Source: Selaginella moellendorffii (taxonomy: Eukaryota; Plantae; Lycopodiophyta). Taken from it: 64,000 bases of DNA. Of this stretch, positions 10,595 through 19,999 are shown in pieces. Both the position numbers and the translations under genes were made by a program. Under the pieces are notes generated by a model. That model had not been told where the DNA came from. It saw nothing but the letters and a program-made list of their open reading frames with translations, and ran no database searches. The stretch is from positions 1,223,502-1,287,501 of the forward strand of contig NW_003314299.1 of assembly GCF_000143415.4 (NCBI RefSeq), written 5' to 3'. Each line of letters begins with the position of its first letter. The first letter of the stretch is position 1.

Positions 10595-11491
10595 CTAACC
10601 TTGAGAGAATGCACGCCTGCAAGCATTATTGGCGATCGCCAGGTTCCCTCTTCGTGCCTCGCGCATAAACGCTACCTCGAAGTGCCTCCTTGCAAGCTTT
10701 CCTCGGCGATCCTGTCCCCGTAGTGGCAAAACAAGCTCAAGGAGCTCCAAATCCCGTACGACTGCGTCCTCCAGCTCCACTGCCCCGATTCTTCCCCCGG
10801 GGAGGATCTCCTGGGTCACAGGCGTGCACATTCCAAAGTCTACAAGCCAGACCTTGTCGCCTGAGAGGTAGAGCTCGATGTCGCGAAACCTCACCCCGAG
10901 CGTGAATGCCATGTGTGCCATGACGGTTCCCAGCGCCGCAGCTACCTTGCGCCTGTCGAGCTCCGGGAAGACGCGTTCTGCAACCACACAAGAAACAATG
11001 GGCTTCATTAGTAGCGTGGCATTGTGGATTTTAAACGCAGGATCTTCGTCGAGGCTGTAGATCCAGCCGCGGTCCTTGATCTCCTCGGGAGATAGGGCAT
11101 TTTGCCCCTCCAACATCCCGTCTACCAGCGCGGTGAGCTGCTCCTGCTGGATAGCCGGCATCTTCTCCATGACCATGCACGGTTTGTTGTGGAGCTCGCC
11201 CTGACACCTGAAAACCAAAGCGTGAATGTCCTCGTTCATGTGTGCAGTGCGCTCAAGAAGCGCCCTCCCACTGGGTGCAAAGGCAAACACTTTGGGGACA
11301 CGCAAACAGGCCACGTCTGGGTAGTCACGACTTAACCTCTCGATTGCGTCCCTATACAAACCCATGGCGTGCACCTCCGCCTTGAGGTTCGCGTACGAGG
11401 TATTGTCTCCTATCAACCGCTTGATGGCGTACTCCCCACCAAAGATCAATCGCCCATTGTTTCCGCCATCGCGCCCCGCCATCCACGCCAT
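10595..11491 (-). CDS. Atypical kinase-like protein (second copy)
   Basis: Identical to 2728-3624. Confidence 0.7.
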   Translation of the reverse strand: MAWMAGRDGGNNGRLIFGGEYAIKRLIGDNTSYANLKAEVHAMGLYRDAIERLSRDYPDVACLRVPKVFAFAPSGRALLERTAHMNEDIHALVFRCQGELHNKPCMVMEKMPAIQQEQLTALVDGMLEGQNALSPEEIKDRGWIYSLDEDPAFKIHNATLLMKPIVSCVVAERVFPELDRRKVAAALGTVMAHMAFTLGVRFRDIELYLSGDKVWLVDFGMCTPVTQEILPGGRIGAVELEDAVVRDLELLELVLPLRGQDRRGKLARRHFEVAFMREARRGNLAIANNACRRAFSQG

Positions 11492-12266
11492 CGCGACGCC
11501 AATCGAGCCGAGCGGAGGTGCCCTAGGGTAGCAAGCCGAGCGCTCAAGAAAAGAAGAAGAGAGCCTAGCAACGTGAGCGAGAGAGAGAGAGAGAGAGAGG
11601 AGGGTATATATATAGTAGAGAGATGGTCTCATTGTGCCACGTGGCAGGAGTACCGTTGGCCGTTGTTCTTTTGCTTGCCGATGTGGCGGATGCCTGCCAG
11701 GTGGGAAGCTGCGATTCGGTACTAGCGGGAGAAAGAGGAGGGCCTACATTGTGCCACGTGGCAGGAGTACCGTTGGTCGTTTTCTTTTGTGTAGAGCACG
11801 TTTAGGTTAAAGGGAGCTTGCCGATGTGGCAGATACGTTTAGGTTAACAGGGGCTTGCCGATGTGGCAGGTGTTTTGCCAGGTGGGACGCTGCGATTCGC
11901 TATTTGGGGCAGCACACCTTTAGCTTAATTTCTGCCTTTAGACATCACCTAGCCCTAACTGGACTATAAGCGAGACTTCCATTCTTTCTTTCGGGCGTTT
12001 ACTTCTTCACGCTTTTCAACGCCATCCAGCAACTTTTGGGTCGATCTGACAGTTGAAATCCGCAGATATGGCCCGACAAAACGTGTTGCTGTCTGATCAT
12101 ACTGGCTTTGAATTTGTCTTTGTTCTTAATCTTCTTAGCATGATCTAGGGGAGTTTCTGGCCCGTGGAGGAAAAACCCGTAGGCTACAGGCTTTCACGCA
12201 AAATTTAGAGAAAACAAAGCAAGAATCTTACATAATCCGGACTTGCGGACACTCATGTTGATTTGG

Positions 12267-13167
12267 AAAACGAGCAATGGCACCACGTTGAGCTGTTCTT
12301 CTTCTGTGAGTTTCGAGATTGGACGTAGTATTTCAAGCGACTTTCGTAACTTCAGCTCGTTTCGCTATCGCAAACTCTGAAAGGTATATAAATCTAAATA
12401 TATGTCGAAGAAGAGTGCTCTTTACATCTCCGAGAAGTGCATCGTTTATTTGTGGCTCCACATACCAGACATCGCAAACGACTACCCAGGACAACATCAG
12501 CTTCAGCTAAACGAAAAAAAAAACTGAAAGTCAATCGTGATGAAAAGTATAAACTTAGTGTGGACAATTATCTTGTTTTACTTTGCAGACAGTGAAATCC
12601 AGTTCGAATACAATCTGCAAAATCGAGCGCAAGGAAATAAGAACTGCCTGGAGAAACTACGAAATCAAGAACCTGCTTGAACATCACATTGTCCGCCTTG
12701 TTCAGGCAAGTCCCCTCTGCAAAAATGAGCAAAATAGTGCTTTCCGGATCGCTTCCGTCCCTTCTGAAGCTTGGTTTTACTTTCCAGCTTGCTTTTCGTC
12801 TCAACTCCATTGCTACGCACAGCAATCCCCTGCGGATGATCGATCGCAGCCTTCCACTGCTTTTCTGGAAACTATCACAACTTAAAAGCGGTGTTACGCC
12901 ACAGACTTTCACCTGAAGAAGACGGTTTCTTCCTCGCAGCGTACTAACCACGCTCCACTGCTTCCCCTGCTTCCTGAAAACGAGTACAGTGGGACTTGGG
13001 AAAATAACGAGAGAAAGGAGCTCCGGCAACGAGTTCCGTTACATGCCTTGTGACTGCCAGGCTCTCATAAACAACAGTTGAGCTACCGTGAGACACACAT
13101 ACCTGTGGTTGCTTTCATTATAGTAGCCCGATGCACATCTTTACCAGAGTATCCTGTCCAAAAAAGA
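12267..13167 (-). pseudogene. GPAT9-like pseudogene (second copy)
   Basis: Duplicate of 4400-5300. Confidence 0.65.
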
Positions 13168-13933
13168 AGGACAAGGAGATGAACAAAGTCGCTCAGACTC
13201 TGAGAATGCCAGCGAGAATGCGGCCATCGTTCCCCGTAGCGTTTTCATGCTATCCCGCCTGCAAAGCCGCCCCCATCCTTGAGAACCCCGGACCCGGACA
13301 GCAGCTTCCTGCCCAGCGAAAGAAAATGTTTGACGAATACCTGACGCTCTGCCAGCAGCTGGTCCTGCAAATCCTCCTCCACACGGAGCCGCGCCAGCGT
13401 GCGTGCGCAAGTCGTGAAGAAGTTACTGCACAGACCACAAACTGTCCTGCGCGACTCGCTCGGACCGCTCGACTCCTGTATCCAGGTCAAGCCGTGCTCG
13501 TTAGTAAGCTCGCTACTCGCTTGAGATGTGTATCGCTAACACCGCCCCGTGGACATCGTTGAGGGAATTGAGCTGGGGCAAAACTTCTGGCAGCAGATGA
13601 CACGAGCAGGACATCGTAAGAGAAGCAAGCCGATCATCACCTGAATGCTCTTACCATGTAGGCTGTAGAATCGGAGGTGACGTTCGTGCCAGAGGAGACC
13701 ACATGATCAAACCATCAGAGCAAGTTCCCCCAAACTTCTCCAAATCAAGTCACCTGAAAGGCGCAGCGGCCCGAGTTTGGGATCCGGTAACATGCTACAT
13801 TTGCCAACACCTGGAATCTTCATGATGGAAACGCGATAGCCATCGATTTACTGTGACAGCCAGCCTGGAGCCGAGAAGCATGAATCCCTGGAGGGACAAG
13901 TAGAGGCGGTGCTGCAGCTCCCGGACCGATCGC

Positions 13934-13964
<31 letters not shown>

Positions 13965-14779
13965 CAGCACGATTAGGCATCTGGAGACGAAGATCTCCAG
14001 AGACCAGGGAAGAAGTGGCATATTGTTTTGCAGCCGCCCAAATGCGAACACCAAGCAAGAATGTATGCTCGCTAACCTCGTCATTGATGCTTCTACACGT
14101 CTCAGCTATGGGGCTCTCACGAGCTTGTCATGTGATTACGAAAAGCTTTTGGCGTTGACTTACAAGCAGAAAACACAATCGTTCTCGTCATGCTATAAAT
14201 GTATAATCACCTATTTTATAGAGGATCATATTATTTGCACAAGATAGTACTGCCCTTCAAGTTATCAATTTCAGAACTGAACAAACAAAAGCGATAAGAA
14301 GCAACATTCCAGACTGGCAACAACATCAATGATACTTCAGGGAGAATCAACTCACTCTATCTCATTTTTACCTGTTGAGGTTGCATTTCCTGCAAGATCA
14401 TCATAGGGTTATCACTTTGTTCATTGTGCCCATTGTCTTAGTGGCTCCTTTCATAGCACCAGCAACAGAAAGGTATTGACATACATCGCCTAAACAACAA
14501 CACTGGGCTAGAAAAACTTCCTACAAGTTCAATAGGAAAAAGGGAGCCAAAGAAAAATCTCTGTCACTTGAGCTCGACTGCCCTGGAACTTTTGAATGTG
14601 CCGCCACAATCTGATCAAATGCTGTCCGAAGTTCGTCGTTGCGCTGAAAGTCGATTCCTGAAAAACAAAAAACAATTTTTCTGAGCACTGCCTTCTTTCG
14701 TGGACATGAGATCGCTTCCACGTGTCGTTCGTGTCGACTTTCTTTTAGGCTTTTGACGTAATATGGGTTAGGGCTGGTG

Positions 14780-15787
14780 ATGGAGCACGTAGATATCCTT
14801 TTGAAGCTTCCTGGCCCGAGTCTCTTGAGAGCCAGAGCTGTTTGCAAGGCTTGGAAAGAAGTAATTGATTCTCCATGGTTTTCAAACCGCTACAGGGATC
14901 CATCGCCCTACATATTATTGCCATCGCCAAACCAAGAGGGCTTGCCCTTGTGTAACATATGCCACTTGGTTCTGGGTAAGTGGTTCAAGTTGGAATTTCC
15001 ATCTACGTATATCCAGTCGGTCTCTCAGTCCGGGCTGGTGCTGGTCCGGGAAGGCAGAGTTTTTTGGGTGGGGAATCCATTCTTCAATAAGTGGAAACGG
15101 TATAGCTTAGAATTGCCATATGCGAAATTTGATCATGAGCTTGCAACTCTAGCGGATGATGAGCAGGGCTATCGAGTAGTATTTCGGGTGCGTAGGTTTA
15201 TGCAAACAGCAGTCCTCTACTCTTGGAAGTCAGAGTGGCTCGTCACAGAGGAACGTAAGGAGGATATCAAAATGGAGGATTTTGCGGAATTTGTCACATC
15301 CTCTTCCACTGTTTGTGGCAACATCATCCATTCCATTGGGTCCAAAAACAAAGTGGCACTACTAAGTTGTCGTGTAGACAATGGCAAGGTTCTTTCGCTC
15401 TGCTACTTGAAGCTGGGATCTGAAGTACTTGAAGGGCGTTTTAAGCTCTTTGGTTGGGATGGCAAGCTCTACTTGCTGGGAGAAAATGACAGTCACTTAT
15501 TTGGACTCTTTGAAATAAGAGGAGAGAATGTAGTTCTGATAAGCTGGGCGCCAGAAAGCATTTCTACAAAATTTCCCTTCGTAAGGTCGGCAAGCATCTA
15601 CAACAATACTATCTACTGCATTTTTCAAGTGAAGCTAGCAATGCTAGTAACTTACAACCTCAGTAAACATGGTTCGTGGCAGGTGGTATCACTTCCAGAA
15701 CCATTGCCTCCGTGCATTGGAATCTTAAATATTGTGAAGTTTAGTTTAGACTTACCGTTTGGGTTAGACTTGTGTAGTTCCTATTGA
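14780..15787 (+). CDS. Intronless F-box protein (copy B)
   Basis: Differs from copy A by 3 amino acids (D>E, R>C, P>S). Confidence 0.88.
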   Translation: MEHVDILLKLPGPSLLRARAVCKAWKEVIDSPWFSNRYRDPSPYILLPSPNQEGLPLCNICHLVLGKWFKLEFPSTYIQSVSQSGLVLVREGRVFWVGNPFFNKWKRYSLELPYAKFDHELATLADDEQGYRVVFRVRRFMQTAVLYSWKSEWLVTEERKEDIKMEDFAEFVTSSSTVCGNIIHSIGSKNKVALLSCRVDNGKVLSLCYLKLGSEVLEGRFKLFGWDGKLYLLGENDSHLFGLFEIRGENVVLISWAPESISTKFPFVRSASIYNNTIYCIFQVKLAMLVTYNLSKHGSWQVVSLPEPLPPCIGILNIVKFSLDLPFGLDLCSSY

Positions 15788-16339
15788 TTTTCTTTTTCTC
15801 CTCCACACCTTCTGTCTTGTGAGATATAGTTTAAGGTGAAAGGTTGTTATGAAGGCAAATCATACACATTTCTAAATAATTTTCAGTGACACCGGAAAGT
15901 CACTTCCACCATGACAGCCTAAGAAAGTTTTTTTAACTGCCATTAAAAGGTGCTTGAAAGCTATTGTAGAAGAACCTATTATAGACATCGGATTGAGAAA
16001 TTTTAGTAAAAATGAACTAAAAGAAGAAATGGAAAAAACTACAAGATCTTATAACCCAAAAGCATAAATATATTCACCATATTTAATTAGCCCAAAATCC
16101 CTAGTTTAAACACAGTGGTTCTACATTAATATTAATAAATGGCATTATAGCCATACATACACACAGGATCAATCACAGGACACACAAAGCATTGGAAAAG
16201 GTCAAAAGTTATCTGGGAGCCGAAATGCAGCACCAGCGCCACACTGTAGACAGAGCTTTTACTTTTAGAAAATCTCAATATACAGAATTTTTAAAGAATC
16301 AGGAAGATGCATGCGGAGCTATGCCCAAATATGAAAACT

Positions 16340-18241
16340 CTACTCTTGCAGGTTTTGAGGGATGAGGCTTTGCAGGAACTCTAGGAACTCTAGGACGTGC
16401 TGAGGCGAATCAAGGCAGCAGAGTTCTCCGTCATCGTTTCTCCGAAACCAGGTGCGTCTGATCACGTCCACTACGTCTTGTATGACAACTGCAACAAAAA
16501 GAGAAAACCAAGCATAACTTATAGCATGCGCTGGGAGATTGATAATCACTCACGTCGCGTGCCTGCATCTGTAGCCTCTGTGTCTGCCAAAGTGAACGAA
16601 TGTGAGGATGGCTACAGAGACTTAACCATAAACGCTACCTTGGGACGCACCAGAGTCTTCCTCGTTGTTTATATCTGCACCTAAGATATAAGCATGCCAC
16701 ATACTGAACGAAAAAGACCGAAACAAACCATTGTTCGCAGTAGCCTCGGCAGGATCGATACTTCCTTGGCGTGCTTGTTCGGACAAAGATGACTCTTCCA
16801 CCCTGTTTATATCTGCAACTAGAACCTAAGTATGTCACGAACTCCACAAAACAAATCGAGACAAACCATTGTTCGCAGTAGTCTCGGTTCTGGACGCACC
16901 AGAGTCTTCCACTGTGTTTACATCTGCAAGTAAGGCATAAGCATGTCACATAATCAACGAGACAAACCATTGCTCGCAGTAGTCTCGGGTGGATCGATAG
17001 TTCTGGACGCACCAGAGTCTTCCACTGTGTTTACATCTGCAAGTAAGACATAAGCATGTCACATAATCAACGAGACAAACCGAAACCGAGACAAACCATT
17101 GCTCGCAGTAGTCTCGGCTGGTTTGATAGTTCTGGACGCATCAGAGTCTTCCACTGTGTTTACATCTGCAAGTAAGACATAAGCATGTCACAAACTCAAC
17201 GAGACAAACCGAAACAGAGACAAACCATTGCTCGCAGTAGTCTCGGCTGGATTGATAGTTCTGGACGCACCAGAGTCTTCCACTGTGTTTACATCTGCAA
17301 GTAAGACATAAGCATGTCACAAACTCAACGAGACAAACCGAAACCGAGACAAACCATTGCTCGCAGTACTCTCGGGTGGATCGATAGTTCTGGACGCATC
17401 AGAATCTTCCACTGTGTTTACATCTGCAAGTAAGACATAAGCATGTCACATACTCAACGAGACAAACCGAAACTAACCATTGCATGGCTTAGACTCGACA
17501 GGAACGATAGTTTCTACAAACAAACAACAAGATGATTCAGAGAAGACGCGATGAACAAAAGCAAAGAGAAAAGAATACAGAAGAGAAATGATATACCTCC
17601 ATCGATGGTAGCTCTTGCAACCTCGCTAGAAGCTGGTGAATCCACGGACTCTGGACAAAAACAACACAACGCGTCAGGGATTCAAATAATCTATTCACGA
17701 AACCACAAACATCACATACCGGCTCCTTGATTTCCTTCCACCGTAAAAAGCATAAGCGAGCAATCGATCATCATACCTCCATCGGAGCTGGAGCTAGGTC
17801 CAGAAGACGACGCATGCGCATCACTTGATCCAGAAGAGGCTAGAGGAGAATCTACACGATGCAAAGGCGTCAGATCGAGACGAGGAATCAGAAGATTCAC
17901 ACGAGAGGACGCATGATCTACACCTCCTGGACGAAAGATTACGAGATATTTCTTGTCATCGCGCGACTTACCAGCGCCATCGCTCTCGTCGGAAGTGTCT
18001 GCGGCAAGAAATTTCCAAAATACGTGAGATACAAGCACAGATCGATGAGAATTTCACTGACCGGTGCGCGTCTGGCACAAATCGACCGAAGTGTTGCAGC
18101 TCCCGCCGCAATCGTTAGCGCTCCCTGCAAGAACACCAGAGATCTTCGAAAATCCAGACAAGGCGAGGCACTACCAATGCAGCGCCAAGCGAAGGAGAAG
18201 AGCAGCACAAGCGCAACCCAGGAAACCCTATAAGACGCCAT
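16340..18241 (-). CDS. Predicted secreted Ser/Thr/Asp-rich orphan protein encoded by a micro-exon gene (~325-330 aa, 16-17 exons)
   Basis: Exons 18241-18175 (signal peptide MASYRVSWVALVLLFSFAWRCIG), 18124-18062, 17998-17972, 17926-17903, 17851-17777, (17734-17720, uncertain), 17650-17597, 17513-17478, 17423-17355, 17294-17226, 17165-17097, 17036-16968, 16923-16867, 16812-16729, 16674-16639, 16583-16554 and 16488-16340. All have AG/GT boundaries and join into one stop-free frame. TATATAAA at 18281-18274. Confidence 0.75.
16639..17477 (-). repeat. Tandem array of exon+intron units with a 129-bp period
   Basis: Unit tctggacgcaccagagtcttccactgtgtttacatctgcaagtaag... recurs; exon ends at 17355, 17226, 17097 and 16968, plus three diverged copies. 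Confidence 0.95.
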
Positions 18242-18532
18242 TCTCTTTGCGACGTTCTTCAGCGGAAGGGTCCTTTATATAGCGCTGGGATGAGCGGGAA
18301 AAATCCGAAATCAAAATGATCCAGGAATATGCTAATCGCCGACGTGGCATTTGCGAAACAGGAAGAAGGGATGAGTTAAGCTAGCTTTTCTACCGGAGGA
18401 ACGATCTTACCTCAGATAAATTCTTCGTCTACGCATTCTCGCCAATGCCGGAGCTCGATCCTTCGTGCCCATCGCTTGCTGTTAAACCCTAAAATAACAA
18501 TAGGGGAGAGGAGATTAATTTCGGGCTAGGTC

Positions 18533-19428
18533 ATGGCGCCCGCCAAGCCAGGCGATGCGGCATTCGCGAATGTGGATCATGTGGTGAGCTGCTAAATCTT
18601 GGATCTAGAAATTCGTGGAGCGCTCACTGTGTCTTTGTGGTTTTTTCTCGATTCTGTCCATCCTGGATCAAGAATGCAGAGCTTTTCACTCTCACCTATG
18701 GCGCCATGGTCCGGCAGCTCCTCACGGACTTCGAAGACGTGGAGGAAGTGAACAAGCAGCTCGACACCATGTAAGGCCCGAGCATTTCTCTTTTTTCTTT
18801 TTTTGTTTTCATCCCCTTCTTCGTTTGCTAGCATTGATAAGAATTTCTGTGTGTTTCTTTCTCTCTATCAGGGGATACAACATTGGAATTCGCTTGATCG
18901 ACGACTTTCTCTCCAAAGCCAACGTCACAAGGTGCTCAGAGTTTCGAGAGACCGCAGATGTCATTGCCAAGGTTCCTGGTGTTCACAACTCTCGAAACTT
19001 TGATCGCTGGACTCTAAATTTTTTTTCCTTCGATCTCTTTCGTGGGCAGATTGGATTTAAGATGTTCTTGGGAGTGACTGCCACCGTCTCCAACTGGAAC
19101 GCCGATTTCACCGAGTGCAGCTTGGTTCTCGATGACAATCCCCTCGTGGATTTTGTGGAGCTCCCGGAGACTTGCCAGGGCCTCTACTACTGCAACGTCT
19201 TGTGTGGAGTGATCCGCGGAGCTCTAGAAATGGTAAACAAAAGCTATGCTTTTCCTTTCCAGCCTCGTATTAAGTGTCTTCTTTCTTCGCTTGTTCTCCT
19301 CGCAGGTATCCATGAGAACCGAAGTAAAATGGGCGCGGGACATGCTTCGTGGGGACGATGCGTACGAATTGAGGCTAAAGCTCATCGAGCATGTCGCGGA
19401 AGAGTATCCGTACAAGGATGACGATTAA
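18533..19428 (+). CDS. BET3: TRAPP complex subunit BET3/TRAPPC3 (spliced)
   Basis: NAELFTLTYGAMVRQLL, GYNIGIRLIDDFL, DNPLVDFVELP, YCNVLCGVIRGALEMV, EEYPYKDDD*. Confidence 0.95.
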
Positions 19429-19646
19429 ACATGCGTTCAATGTGTTTAATGGATCATGTGGTTCGATTTAAACAACTTGAATTAAGAAAAGCAAAGGAAA
19501 AACTATTTAATCAATCTCCGCATGTTATACACAAAATCAACTCTTTCAATAGGAGCGGTGCCATGCAAATATAATCTTCACAATGGAATCTTCTTATATA
19601 TGTAACGTTTACCTTGAGCTAGGGCGAGTTATTAGGGTTCTTGGAA

Positions 19647-19968
19647 ATGGAGGACGAGGAGCGTCAAAACATGGAGCGCTTCAGCACGGAGGGCGATTTC
19701 GTGGATGGTGAGTGGATCGACGGTGAGTTCTACTACCGGAGCCGCCGGAAGAGGCGGGGGCAGACCAAGGAGGAGGCGCTCTACGGCTACCAGTCGTCAG
19801 GGTCGGATTCGGATGGAGGAGGAGGAGGAAGAAGGGGCAGGAAGAAGCGGCGGGGCGGGATAATCGTCGAGGACAAGTCGAGCAAGCCCGTGAATTTCGT
19901 GTCGGCGAGCGTCCAGGACGTGGGCACTGAGAATCAGGCATCGTCGTCCTCTAGGAAAGAGATGGAGG

Positions 19969-19999
<31 letters not shown>

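Larger units (their letters stand above)
2..16004. repeat. Tandem segmental duplication, unit ~7.87 kb (unit 1 ~2-7868, unit 2 ~7869-15722, diverged tail to ~16004)
   Basis: Identical ORFs recur at offset 7867 (e.g. 1514/9381, 2728/10595). The offset shrinks to 7865, 7862 and 7854 after small indels. Positions 2-66 match the 3' end of the F-box gene. Confidence 0.97.

Noticed and set aside
16340-16430. Resemblance of the last micro-exon-gene exon to a trehalose-phosphate phosphatase C-terminus
   Set aside because: Only a short, weak similarity; no HAD motifs upstream
16867-17477. CRISPR-like appearance of the regular repeat
   Set aside because: Eukaryotic context, no unique spacers and no cas genes; the units are explained as exon+intron duplications
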